From positions 4,916 through 68,915 of the forward strand of contig JAPKCS010000002.1 of the NCBI GenBank assembly GCA_028822845.1: a stretch of DNA of 64,000 nt, read 5' to 3'. Origin of the DNA: Candidatus Poseidoniaceae archaeon (GTDB lineage: Archaea; Thermoplasmatota; Poseidoniia; Poseidoniales; Poseidoniaceae). The translations under genes were made by a program, and so were the position numbers. Below, piece after piece: positions 1 to 10,010 of the stretch. Below the pieces are notes generated by a model. It had not been told where the DNA came from, searched no databases, and saw nothing but the letters and a program-made list of their open reading frames with translations. How positions within the stretch are numbered: position 1 is the stretch's first letter; each line of letters starts with the position of its first letter.

Positions 1-2
1 AC

Positions 3-3000
3 GCGTTCAATGGCAGTCAGACGGGCTTCTTGCCAGCAGTCAATGGCTCGTTGGAAGTGATGCAGAGTGGAAATCAAACCGCCGAACTGTCTTGGCTCAT
101 GCCAATCAACGCCCCCTACTTGCCCGCACAAATGGCATACGATGTCCAATTCTTAATGGAGGTCGAAAACACGGGCACTGGCGGTTCAATTGAGGTTCAG
201 CAAGGAGGTCCGAGTGTTTCGGTGCCGGCACACACCTCGACAGTTCATCATCGCGTGACCCATTCAGCAACATGTGTTCCAAAGGCGCAAGGAGCCACAG
301 CTCACCTTGGATCATGCAGTCTTTCACTTGTGATGAGTGGTTCATTCAACGTAAGGTTCAGCCAAGCAGTGATCGTTCCAGCACAGCAGAAGATTGTGAG
401 TGTTCTTTCTGATGAGGTGTTGAACAGCGTCATGAACGAAGTAAAAGCCGTCAATGCTTCATCTCCTGTTGTCATTCCACTCCATGTCACGACCCAATTC
501 GGGGCGGTTGCCGTCAACCTCACAGCGTTGAGTCAACCCTTGCTCGTGGACCGTATCTTGCCGATTGCACACCAACGCTGGCTGCCTGAACAATCGGTCG
601 TGTTCCACACACAACATTGGCGGGGTGATGCAAACGAACCCAGTCAAGATGCCCCGGACATTACATCGATTGAGTTGATGTTGTCACCCACCAAGCATCA
701 AGCCGATGCACTTGTCCACCTCGAAATCATCGATGCTGATTCAAGCCCTCAATTCCGTCAACTGGGCGGTGCGGCATACGCCCAGATGTTGTCGAACCTC
801 TCAAGCATCACCTGTGGCCTGAATGTGTGCAATGTCACATGGGCGATTCAAAGCACATGGGATTTCGATGACATCGATGATGTTCACGTCCTTACACATG
901 CCACTGACACCAATGGTCTCGCGACCGGTCCCGCTCATCAATACAGGCAAACCGTGTTCAATGAAGTTGAGAACGATTTGGAAGTTGTTGACTTTGTCGT
1001 CTTCGACAACACGCAACGTAACCTCAACGATTGGTCTGACCCACAATGGCCATTCCATCTGAACGCCAGTCAAAGTCTGGTTGCATCGGGTGCTGTTCGC
1101 TTCGAAGGCATAGCCCAATCCTATGTGGGCCAAGAAGAGGCGAGGGTGCGAATTGAAGCCCAAGCCGTGCCACCCGCCAACATCAGCGGCGGGGCCAACG
1201 AATGGATTGGCACACCAGTGCTGTGGTCCGAATCATGGTTTGTCGAAGTCGATGCGAACGGGGCCTTCTCGATTCCAATCGCCTCACCGTCGGTTGAAGA
1301 AGGCGTTCCCTCCGGCACCCGCATTCTCATCTCCCCTCACATTGAGCGGACTGGCCCAACCAACATTGATTCCAGCACAAGCCTCGACCACACTGCGCGT
1401 TCGAGCGATGTTCCTTTCCTCTATGATCGGGTTGCCCCCAGCACGATTTCACTCCTTGCTCTCGACCCCGGGGGCTATGCTTCAGCGGACAACCACGTCT
1501 GGATGAAAGGGCAAGATGTTGCGCTTCGCGTGACCCTTGAAGACGCTGAAGGGCTGGGGAATTCCCTTGTCCTCCACACGTGGTTAGAAGCGGAGGATGA
1601 CATCAATCTGGATGGGGTCATGGACGCAAACGAATACACGACTCAGAGTGTGACCTTCAACAGCGGGTTGACCACCGCCATCGTCGATTTACCCCTCTTA
1701 TCTTGGGCTGAAATCACCGGTGGAGCCTCTTCAGGAAGGGCGAGTGTGGTCATCAAAGCAGTCGACCTTGCTGGGAATCTGTTGGAAGGCGGGGGCGATT
1801 ATGGTGAAGCACATGACTTGGGAACGGTGCATGTCCAAGAACGGTATGACACCCTTATCGACACTGAGACCTTGATGTTTGACGCCATGAATGGCAAGCT
1901 TCTTTTGGGCCATGAACACAAATTCAGCTTTTCCATAACGGATGGCAATGGAATCAATTCCCTTGATGCAATCGAGTTCGCTCTTCTTGGAAGACAACAG
2001 AGCACCTCCTGTTTTATCGAATACCAGCCCCGTTTTGATGAAACCGTGTTCGATGAGGCATGTTTTGAACTCACGCCCTCCGTATCAATTGAGAAACAAG
2101 GTCTGCAACAAACATGGGTTGTGACAATCGCCTTCCGCCTCTCATGGGGGCTGATGGATTCGCCTCTTTCGATGGATGCCGTCCCATCATTGAAGGTGTT
2201 TGATGAAGGGCAAGATTTGGGTTTGGGACTGTCGCGTTTGACTATTTTTGCTTGGAACATGACCTCAGCATTGGAAGTGCATTCGGTTCTCTTCCAAGAC
2301 CTCACTGAACCGATTGGAGACACAACGGGAGATCATCTCTGGTTCCACCGCAATGACGTGCTCAGTTTGATTTTGACGCTGAACCACGCCGACACCGATG
2401 TCCGGGCTGAACACGTACCAGCCACCCTTTTGATCGACCTCGTTCTTTCCGATGGGGAACGTTCACGAACCTCAAACCTCACGTTTGACGAAACTGGAGT
2501 TGCAGAAACCATGATCAACATCAGCGATGATGTGGTCAAGCACAACTCTGGGTTCATCGATGTAATCATCGACGGGGCGTTCCTCGTTTATGACCATCGT
2601 TTCAACTTCACAATCGATCAAAACTCGCCGCAACTCACCGTCCCCCCAGGGACTTTGGCGATGGTCGATTCCAACAAATTGGACGAGCAGGACATCATTG
2701 TCATCTTGAGCGACCAGGAAGGTTTGGATGAGGGACCGATCATGATGCATTGGCAATTCCGACGGGTCGGTGAACCTCTTCAGGGCAGCAACGGTTCGGC
2801 CCAAATCGAGAAATCGGCAGGCGAAGGGACCACGAACACCTATGCGGGCCAAGTGAACATACAACCATCCCCTTCGGTTGTGCTTGAACGCAACGACCGT
2901 TTGGAGGTGTGGTTTTCAGCGACCGACCGTGCAGGTCGGAACATAACAGGGTACGGAACCATCGAAGCACCCTTGTCTCCTTCATTCAGATGGGTTGCTT

Positions 3001-3503
3001 TTGAACCTCGGTTTGACAACCTCGTTGTAACACCTTACCGCCCGGTGGTCGGTGAAAACATTTCGATTTTCGTTCGGGTTGCGAATGGAGGACTGCTCCC
3101 CGGCAACATCACTGTGCAGCTGCAAGATGCTGACGGACGTATCCTTGAAGCCAACACAACAGAACTCGCACCAGGCACATGGGTGGAATACACTTGGAGT
3201 TTGGAAACATGGACCACTGGAAGGTTGGGTCTCGCTGTCGTCTTGATCGATGTGACAGGAACCATCCCCCTGCCGATGGGCGAAGTTCAAGCGAATCAGC
3301 AAACCAATAACAGAGGTTTAGACACCCTTGGATTTGCTGTTTTAGTGGTCTTCCTTGCCGCAGGTGTCCTCATATTCACCCTTCATCGCCGTCAGGAAAT
3401 CCTTGCCGAGTTCACACAGAAACAAGTGGACGCAGCCCTCATTGGCCGGAGTGAACCGCCCCCTCGACCCAAAGATTTGGATGTACTTGATGAAGAGCAA
3501 TAG
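3..3503 (+). CDS. Giant secreted/surface protein (5'-truncated by window), Ig-like/CARDB-type C-terminal domain and membrane anchor
   Basis: Frame is open from base 3 (AFNGSQTGFLPAVNG...), so the true start is upstream. Acidic and beta-rich, with DxNxDG Ca-binding-like motif (DDINLDGVMDANEY), DLAGN/DRAGR motifs, CARDB-like segment (PYRPVVGENISIFVRVANGG), then a TM helix (LGFAVLVVFLAAGVLIFTL) followed by HRR. Confidence 0.75.
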   Translation, partial: AFNGSQTGFLPAVNGSLEVMQSGNQTAELSWLMPINAPYLPAQMAYDVQFLMEVENTGTGGSIEVQQGGPSVSVPAHTSTVHHRVTHSATCVPKAQGATAHLGSCSLSLVMSGSFNVRFSQAVIVPAQQKIVSVLSDEVLNSVMNEVKAVNASSPVVIPLHVTTQFGAVAVNLTALSQPLLVDRILPIAHQRWLPEQSVVFHTQHWRGDANEPSQDAPDITSIELMLSPTKHQADALVHLEIIDADSSPQFRQLGGAAYAQMLSNLSSITCGLNVCNVTWAIQSTWDFDDIDDVHVLTHATDTNGLATGPAHQYRQTVFNEVENDLEVVDFVVFDNTQRNLNDWSDPQWPFHLNASQSLVASGAVRFEGIAQSYVGQEEARVRIEAQAVPPANISGGANEWIGTPVLWSESWFVEVDANGAFSIPIASPSVEEGVPSGTRILISPHIERTGPTNIDSSTSLDHTARSSDVPFLYDRVAPSTISLLALDPGGYASADNHVWMKGQDVALRVTLEDAEGLGNSLVLHTWLEAEDDINLDGVMDANEYTTQSVTFNSGLTTAIVDLPLLSWAEITGGASSGRASVVIKAVDLAGNLLEGGGDYGEAHDLGTVHVQERYDTLIDTETLMFDAMNGKLLLGHEHKFSFSITDGNGINSLDAIEFALLGRQQSTSCFIEYQPRFDETVFDEACFELTPSVSIEKQGLQQTWVVTIAFRLSWGLMDSPLSMDAVPSLKVFDEGQDLGLGLSRLTIFAWNMTSALEVHSVLFQDLTEPIGDTTGDHLWFHRNDVLSLILTLNHADTDVRAEHVPATLLIDLVLSDGERSRTSNLTFDETGVAETMINISDDVVKHNSGFIDVIIDGAFLVYDHRFNFTIDQNSPQLTVPPGTLAMVDSNKLDEQDIIVILSDQEGLDEGPIMMHWQFRRVGEPLQGSNGSAQIEKSAGEGTTNTYAGQVNIQPSPSVVLERNDRLEVWFSATDRAGRNITGYGTIEAPLSPSFRWVAFEPRFDNLVVTPYRPVVGENISIFVRVANGGLLPGNITVQLQDADGRILEANTTELAPGTWVEYTWSLETWTTGRLGLAVVLIDVTGTIPLPMGEVQANQQTNNRGLDTLGFAVLVVFLAAGVLIFTLHRRQEILAEFTQKQVDAALIGRSEPPPRPKDLDVLDEEQ

Positions 3504-3535
3504 TCAAGAACAGGAGGTCCGAGCGGAGAACACAA

Positions 3536-3617
3536 GCCGGGGTTCCCGAGCGGTCAAAGGGGGTGGACTCAAGATCCTCTGCGTAAAGCTTCGCAGGTTC
3601 GAATCCTGCCCCCGGCA
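3536..3617 (+). tRNA. tRNA-Leu(CAA)
   Basis: Acceptor stem GCCGGGG/CCCCGGC plus A, anticodon loop CT-CAA-GA, long variable arm, T-arm GCAGG-TTCGAAT-CCTGC; CCA not encoded. Confidence 0.95.
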
Positions 3618-3934
3618 TTAATCTCCCTAAAAACGCTGTACTGCGTTCGCTTAAAGTATGAGTGAGGCCCCTTTTTCTGAGGCACTCTTCCGGCACAAAA
3701 CAAGGTCGTTTTTCCGGTCCGAACAGGGGTGGAAATCCCCACTTTTTGTCAGCCGAAGGCAGGCCATATTCTGCACTCGACCTTTCTTCTAAGCGGAAAT
3801 CCGATGCTGTGTTAGCCTCCACATTTTTGAAGGTGCATAGGCTGATTTGGATGGCAAAATTGACCGTTGAATGACGATGCAATCAGCGGGGTCGCACCCG
3901 TTCACTTGATGACGGGGTGGCGCCTGGTCGTTTC

Positions 3935-4987
3935 ATGCGAGGCGTTGCTCTTCTTCTGGTTGGGTTGCTGGTGTTTGCACCGGCTGTGTCTGCATGTGAG
4001 ACGGAAGCAGCAAATGCGCTGGCTGGCAAATTCCCTTCACCAACCGGAATCTCTCCTGACAAAGATGATTCAATCAGGGAAACCACTCGACTGGCCGGCA
4101 TCGGTCACGAAACAGCGCGTCATATGCTTTGGCGTGTTCTTTCCGGTGAACAGTTCACTGAACTTGAAATTGCTCAAGAAATCGATCGGGCCATGGTAGA
4201 AAACGGTTCAAACGCAGAATGGAAGAGCTTCGATACAATTGTGGCCAGTGGCGCCAATGGTGCGATCCCGCACGGCGATCCAGACAACAACGGGGCAGGA
4301 CCAACGTTGGTTCAGGTTGGCGATGTCGTGGTGGTTGATTTGGGGGCACGCGTGAACGATTGGGTCAGCGACGTGACTCGAACATACATTGTGGGACCAA
4401 CCACAAATGAAACAATTATCGAAGTCTATATGGCCGTTTATGATGCACAAAACCTCACCTTCCCAGTGATTGAAGCAGGTACCCCAGCGTGGTTACCTGA
4501 CGACATTGCTCGAACCCATATCGAAGAACAAGGCTATGGAGAATACTTCATCCATAGTTTGGGCCATGGCTTTGGCATCTGCGTTCACGAACCTCCGTTG
4601 CTTTCTGGAGGGACAGACGACCCCCTGTTTGGTCTGTCATACAATGAACAACCCCTCGCTGTCTGGGATGCGATCACCATCGAACCCGGGATTTACCTCG
4701 ACGGTTGGTTTGGTGTACGAATTGAAGATGACTTCTTAGTCAATCAAGAAGGTCATGAATTCCTCACGGAATCACTCCCTCGGGACCTGGACTGGTTCAT
4801 GATTGAGATTGGAGATTACGAACCACTTGAATGGCACACTGGAGAATCAATGGCTGAAGAAGAGTCAATGATCTCGGAAGTGCTCCCCTCACCCGTGAGC
4901 GGATTGGAATCGATTTTGCTTCTCACACTGGTCGGCGTTGCCTGTCATCGTCGCAATGAGGACGAGTGCCTCATCGAGTTTGAGTGA
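3935..4987 (+). CDS. Secreted M24-family (Xaa-Pro aminopeptidase-like) metallopeptidase with C-terminal membrane anchor
   Basis: Signal peptide MRGVALLLVGLLVFAPAVSA; M24 motifs SFDTIVASG, DLGAR...SDVTRT, HSLGHGFG..VHE, TIEPG, GVRIEDD; hydrophobic C-terminus followed by HRR. Confidence 0.88.
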   Translation: MRGVALLLVGLLVFAPAVSACETEAANALAGKFPSPTGISPDKDDSIRETTRLAGIGHETARHMLWRVLSGEQFTELEIAQEIDRAMVENGSNAEWKSFDTIVASGANGAIPHGDPDNNGAGPTLVQVGDVVVVDLGARVNDWVSDVTRTYIVGPTTNETIIEVYMAVYDAQNLTFPVIEAGTPAWLPDDIARTHIEEQGYGEYFIHSLGHGFGICVHEPPLLSGGTDDPLFGLSYNEQPLAVWDAITIEPGIYLDGWFGVRIEDDFLVNQEGHEFLTESLPRDLDWFMIEIGDYEPLEWHTGESMAEEESMISEVLPSPVSGLESILLLTLVGVACHRRNEDECLIEFE

Positions 4988-4990
4988 CGT

Positions 4991-5224
4991 TCACAACGGT
5001 GTTCGGATGCCCATGGCGCGCAAGACGCACCAACCTGCTCGAGCCTCAAAGATTGCAAAAGCACCACCAAAGAGTGCTCCTGCTGTGATCATCCACCAAA
5101 CGGGCCCTTGAACAACGCCTGCAAGTGTGATGGCCCCGATGAAGACTCCACCGAGTGTCCCTATGATTCCGCTTTTGAGGCGGGCTGCTTTTCCTGCAGC
5201 ATCGATGTTGCATACGAGGGCCAT
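4991..5224 (-). CDS. Small two-TM membrane protein (CNI...GWC conserved-hypothetical type)
   Basis: 77 aa, ATG start, two hydrophobic segments, fills the gap between flanking genes. Confidence 0.65.
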   Translation of the reverse strand: MALVCNIDAAGKAARLKSGIIGTLGGVFIGAITLAGVVQGPVWWMITAGALFGGAFAIFEARAGWCVLRAMGIRTPL

Positions 5225-5307
5225 GATTTCCCCTGCAGTTGAATCACTATATCAATGACTGTTTTCCAAAGGGGCGCCGTTCGTAAGGCAACAATGAGGT
5301 TTCAGAT

Positions 5308-6027
5308 TCATTTTGCTTGCAAAATAGCATCGACGAGGGGTGCGAATGTGGCCCCGTGCGGGTAAGGGGAAATGACATCTGCCGCCGCATTAACACTTTC
5401 AAACGCACCACCAACTGCCACTGACCAATGAGCAAAGTCAAACATTGGCAAATCATTAGGGGCATCACCAACACAAAGCAAATCGTTCGCAGACCAGCCC
5501 ATTTTTTCGAACATGACTTCCAACCCTGTCCCTTTGGAAAGGTGAGGTTCCATCAAATGGATTGCAAAGCCGGTTCGGACCACGGAAAGATGAGACCATT
5601 CACTGGCCTGAATGTGGTGTTGAACAGCAGCAAGATCTTCATCGGGAAACAAGCACCACTCGCTTTCACGCCAATCATTTGTCTGGATTCCGCCTGAGTC
5701 AAGCCCTTCAATGACTTCAGATAGCCACTCAGCAGCTCTCTTCGCTTCCTTGCCGTCAGCGCGTACGATGGGTCCATCCCAAGACTTGTGCCAAAGAACA
5801 CCACCGTTTTCACAACAGATTGGGCCGCTCAAGTTGAGGAAGCGCCACAGCCCATAGGTGATGGCGCGTACGTTTCCAGTGGCTAATACAACCGGTATCC
5901 CAGCAGCTTCGAGTCTTCGCAGCGATTCAACTGCACCGGTGTCCAGTTGCTTTTTCCCATCGGTGAGGGTGCCATCGATATCGACAGCGACAACCTTTGG
6001 TCGCCAACCTTTGGGAAGCCACTCCAT
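5308..6027 (-). CDS. HAD-superfamily phosphatase, archaeal phosphoglycolate phosphatase type
   Basis: Motif I DIDGTLT, motif II LATGN, ENGG, SKG and motif IV GDAPND. Confidence 0.88.
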   Translation of the reverse strand: MEWLPKGWRPKVVAVDIDGTLTDGKKQLDTGAVESLRRLEAAGIPVVLATGNVRAITYGLWRFLNLSGPICCENGGVLWHKSWDGPIVRADGKEAKRAAEWLSEVIEGLDSGGIQTNDWRESEWCLFPDEDLAAVQHHIQASEWSHLSVVRTGFAIHLMEPHLSKGTGLEVMFEKMGWSANDLLCVGDAPNDLPMFDFAHWSVAVGGAFESVNAAADVISPYPHGATFAPLVDAILQAK

Positions 6028-6141
6028 GAACCTGCGAGGAAAGAAGTAGGCGTAAAGATTCGCCTGCTAATCTCTCGCAGTTGACCTTTTGCCGAGGAGC
6101 CAAGCGTAGGCATTAATTGGGGGGGGCATCCACCGCAGGAC

Positions 6142-8844
6142 ATGGTCAGCGATGCGGATGAGGATGTCTTCCTATCGCTCGAGGAAGACAGCGCTCCAAA
6201 GCCTGCCCCTCTTGTCAAAAAAACCACATCGAGAAAGAAGCCAAAACCTGCCGTCTTATCGAAGCCAGAAAAAGAACAACCAATCTTGGATGCCGAAGTC
6301 CTTGACGCAACCATCATCGAGCAGGCGACGGGGCAATTCCAAGTGGGCTGGCCCTTGCTGGGCATGGACTGCCCTGATTGTGCCACAAAAGCGGTTCGAG
6401 CGCTTAAAACATTGAAGCAAACGGATGAAGTTCAAGTCTCAGCAACCGCTGGAACCGTCCGCTTGAAGGTTGATTTCGAACATGGCCATTTGGCTGAAGT
6501 CTCCTCTGTTCTTCGCTCGCTTGGCCACGCCCCTGATGTCGAATTTAACGAACTGGTGGGCGCCAAAGCCTCGGCAGTTGCTGCGCGAAATGGCGTTGAT
6601 CGTCGGAAGTTGGGCAAGGTGTTGCGTCAGCAACCCGGCGTGCTCGATGTCGAACTCTCTGATGATGACCGTATCATCCTACAACTGGTACCAGACGCCT
6701 CAATGGAGTTGTTTGAGAAGCGGAATCGCGCCTTAGAACACATCACTGGCACACCGCTCAAACTCGTGACAACACAGTCGGACCGGCTTCGTCCAGATCA
6801 GTGGCGCCTGATCGGCGGAGGAATTGCCCTTCCACTGCTTGCCTTGGTCATTTTAGGAGAAATCCTTGGCTGGTCGAACACCATGCTTGGTGTCATTGCA
6901 GTCCCAGGCTTGCTCATTGGTGGCTCGCAAATGTTCAAAGAAGCCATCGCAAGTCTTGCCAATCGGCAGATGGGCTTCCAAGTGCTCACCAGCCTCGCCG
7001 TCATTGGCGCGGCGATCCTCAACATGTGGGAAGAAGCCCTTATTGTCGCCATTTTGGTTGCATTCACCGCTCACCTCGAAGGTGACGCGCTGTTGCAAGC
7101 CCGAAACGCCATGCAAGGTGGACTTGACCGTTTACCCCGTAAGGCTCGCCGCCTCACCGGTGTCAAATCAACCGGTAACAAAGTCTCAGCAGCGATTATG
7201 AAAGGAAACTTCACTCTGTCAATGGCTGCTTCAGCGCCTCTTCTTGGCGCAGACGGTTGTGCGCTTCCCGATCCAAATGCAGAACATGAAGAAGTCCCCA
7301 TCGAATTGGTTCGCAATGGGGACCAGTTAGAAATCCGAAGTGGTGAATTGATTCCAGCTGACGGCACCATTGTCGAAGGCCACGGTGCACTCGACAAGGC
7401 CCCACTCACTGGTGAATCTGTTCCCGTGGAAGTGAGCAAAGGCGATCAAATTCAAGCAGGCCTTGTGTTGGCGCGCGGGCCCGTGATCATCGAAGTGACT
7501 GCAGTGGGCGATGATACTCGCCTTTCGGGTCTGATCGATGCGGTTCACACCTTCCGAGAAGAGCCACCAAAATTGCAAAACCTCATCGAACGGTTCACGG
7601 CGATCTGGGTCCCAATTGTGTTGTTTGGAGCCTTTGCGGTTTGGCAATTCATGTTCCCAGATGATTGGAAGATCATCCTCTTGCTCTGGGTTGTTGCATG
7701 CCCTTGCGCCCTGTTGTTGGCAACGCCAGTCCCACACGCCGCCGCCCTCGCCCGCTCAGCCCACATCGGTGCCATCGCTCGAGGCGGTGATGTGATCGAG
7801 CGACTTTCCAAGGTCAACCACGTTCTTTTGGATAAAACAGGAACCCTGACCTCCGGAAAACCCCGCATTGGGGAAGTGGTGATGGCGAAAGGACGCAAGA
7901 GGGACGGTGCCTTACGCTTGGCAGCAGGCCTCGAAGCACGTTCCTCGCATCCATACGCCATGTCGGTGATGGATTATGTGCGCCAAGAATCATTGGTGCC
8001 AACCAAAGTGAATGTGCTTGCAGACATTGAAGCGGGCGTTCGAGGCAAGGTTGGTGGAAAAGACGTCGCCTTCCTGCGCTATGACCGTGCAGGCGATTTG
8101 AACATCAGCGTATGCAAGGAGCTCAAGGAAGCTTATGCAGTGGCAGAATCCAAAGGGCATGGGGCCAGTCTGCTGGCCCGCGATGGAGAAGCACTTGCTC
8201 TGTTCACCTTCATACACGACGACACTCGAGATGGAAGCCACCTGCTCATTCCTTCCTTGTTCGAACGCGGTATCACGGTTGAAATCCTCTCAGGTGACAA
8301 TGAAGCGGCCGTCAAGGCGTTCGCTAAGAGCGTGGGGCTCCCTGAAGAATCAGCCCATGGTGGTCTGTCTCCAGAAGATAAGGTGAAGTGGGTTCGAGGT
8401 CGATCACAAACCAAGGTCACAATGATGGTTGGCGACGGTTTCAATGATGCAGCAGCCCTTGCTGTTGCTGATGTAGGCGTTGCCGTTGGCAGCGGTGAAA
8501 CCGTGAATTTAGAAGCCGCTGATGTGCTTGTACCAGGCGATGATCCACAGATGCTCACGGAGCTCATCGATTTGGCACGACGGGCGCAACGTATCCTTGT
8601 TGGCAACTTGATCATCACGGTCGGAATCACGCTCGCACTCGTTGGAGCCGTCATCACACAAATGTACGATCAACTTTGGGTGGGTGTCCTGATTCACGAA
8701 GCATCGGTGATTCTGGTCATCCTAAACGGTGCTCGGTTAGCAGGCTCTGAAGGCGGTGCAGCCCTGCTTCGAAACATCTTCATTTCATTGTGGCGCGATA
8801 CCAAATCAGCGTTCTCTTTGTTGCGAACACGAATTGCTTCATGA
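6142..8844 (+). CDS. P1B-type heavy-metal-translocating P-type ATPase (ZntA/CadA-like)
   Basis: HMA motif GMDCPDC, TGES, intramembrane CPC, DKTGTLT, HP, GDGFND, C-terminal HEASV. Confidence 0.95.
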   Translation: MVSDADEDVFLSLEEDSAPKPAPLVKKTTSRKKPKPAVLSKPEKEQPILDAEVLDATIIEQATGQFQVGWPLLGMDCPDCATKAVRALKTLKQTDEVQVSATAGTVRLKVDFEHGHLAEVSSVLRSLGHAPDVEFNELVGAKASAVAARNGVDRRKLGKVLRQQPGVLDVELSDDDRIILQLVPDASMELFEKRNRALEHITGTPLKLVTTQSDRLRPDQWRLIGGGIALPLLALVILGEILGWSNTMLGVIAVPGLLIGGSQMFKEAIASLANRQMGFQVLTSLAVIGAAILNMWEEALIVAILVAFTAHLEGDALLQARNAMQGGLDRLPRKARRLTGVKSTGNKVSAAIMKGNFTLSMAASAPLLGADGCALPDPNAEHEEVPIELVRNGDQLEIRSGELIPADGTIVEGHGALDKAPLTGESVPVEVSKGDQIQAGLVLARGPVIIEVTAVGDDTRLSGLIDAVHTFREEPPKLQNLIERFTAIWVPIVLFGAFAVWQFMFPDDWKIILLLWVVACPCALLLATPVPHAAALARSAHIGAIARGGDVIERLSKVNHVLLDKTGTLTSGKPRIGEVVMAKGRKRDGALRLAAGLEARSSHPYAMSVMDYVRQESLVPTKVNVLADIEAGVRGKVGGKDVAFLRYDRAGDLNISVCKELKEAYAVAESKGHGASLLARDGEALALFTFIHDDTRDGSHLLIPSLFERGITVEILSGDNEAAVKAFAKSVGLPEESAHGGLSPEDKVKWVRGRSQTKVTMMVGDGFNDAAALAVADVGVAVGSGETVNLEAADVLVPGDDPQMLTELIDLARRAQRILVGNLIITVGITLALVGAVITQMYDQLWVGVLIHEASVILVILNGARLAGSEGGAALLRNIFISLWRDTKSAFSLLRTRIAS

Positions 8845-8903
8845 AAAAAATATGACGCGGCATCTTCAAACCATAGAGTCAACTCTTCGTTCTTGGTGAG
8901 AAG

Positions 8904-9416
8904 ATGGCACGAGTACGAGCAGACCCAGTGACAGCAGCCCTCGCTCACCCAACTCGTCGAGCTGTTTACCTTGCATTATCCAATTCTGAAGAACTGAGCA
9001 CGGTTCAAATCGAAGCTCAACTCGATGTAGATCGCTACAACCTCTACCACCACATGAAGAAACTCGCCTCGCTTGGCTTGGTCGAGAACCATCGCGATCA
9101 AGGACGGGCCCGTTGGTGGCGCGTTGCTGCTCAAGTTGCTCTTCCTGAATTGCTTCATGCCATCCCATCCAACAACGTCGCTCCACCAAGCCCTATCCCC
9201 GCCTCGCTCCCTTCCACGCCTGGAACGGTATCAGCCGAGCTCCAAACCGCCGTGGACAACGGTGGCGATGTTCGAATCATCGAACTGGGCGGCTCTCGCG
9301 ATCAGGTGGGGGCGAAGAAAATGCTCGAAGTGTTAGCCCAACAGCATGGCATCATTCTCGATTTACCATGGAACTTCCTTCCAGAGAGCATCGTCCTCAT
9401 TGCAAAGAAACGCTAA
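8904..9416 (+). CDS. ArsR-like winged-helix transcriptional regulator with C-terminal extension
   Basis: ALAHPTRRAVY...NLYHHMKKLASLGLV pattern; immediately downstream of the metal ATPase. Confidence 0.8.
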   Translation: MARVRADPVTAALAHPTRRAVYLALSNSEELSTVQIEAQLDVDRYNLYHHMKKLASLGLVENHRDQGRARWWRVAAQVALPELLHAIPSNNVAPPSPIPASLPSTPGTVSAELQTAVDNGGDVRIIELGGSRDQVGAKKMLEVLAQQHGIILDLPWNFLPESIVLIAKKR

Positions 9417-9464
9417 GGTACCCTGAGTGCAAGAAATCAAGAACAAAGACACAGAGGCGAGTCC

Positions 9465-9857
9465 ATGAGCGAAGAGTCAACCGTTGAATCTCGTGTCGCA
9501 CCACCGGCGCTTAGTTGCCCTAAATGCGAAGGCATGTTACCAAGCGGCCTCGGTGATTTGCAATGCACCCTCTGCTCAGCCAAGGTCCGAATCGATCACC
9601 CGATCACCCGTCGCAAGTGGAAGGAAGAAAAAGTCGGTTGCCCTGAATGTGGTAAAGTGCTGATCGTTGGCGTTGACAAGCGACCAGCCCATCTCAAGTG
9701 TGCCTCCTGCACTCACCATTTCACCCTCACACCCAACATCCCCAAAGTGGAAATCACGTGCCCAGGTTGCGAACGTCAATTGCGTATGAAGCAGAAACCA
9801 GGTGCTCGACGAATCGATTGCCCAGCCTGCAGCACCGCCTTTAACGTCAAATTCTGA
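9465..9857 (+). CDS. Multi-zinc-ribbon protein (six CxxC pairs)
   Basis: CPKC, CTLC, CPEC, CASC, CPGC, CPAC in three repeated units. Confidence 0.8.
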   Translation: MSEESTVESRVAPPALSCPKCEGMLPSGLGDLQCTLCSAKVRIDHPITRRKWKEEKVGCPECGKVLIVGVDKRPAHLKCASCTHHFTLTPNIPKVEITCPGCERQLRMKQKPGARRIDCPACSTAFNVKF

Positions 9858-10010
9858 GCTCGGGTTGTCGATGCTTTGTCCATCTGAAAGGATGTCACTC
9901 GGCAATTGTTTGGTCGGCAAAAAACACCCCCAAAAACGCCTCCCTGCGCCCCCCGCTCGTCGCGCTCCTTATCTATGATGAGACGAGCATGAAAGACTGG
10001 ATGGGATACG

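Noticed and set aside
3618-3934. Integrated element after tRNA-Leu
   Set aside because: No integrase and no duplicated tRNA 3' end seen in the window
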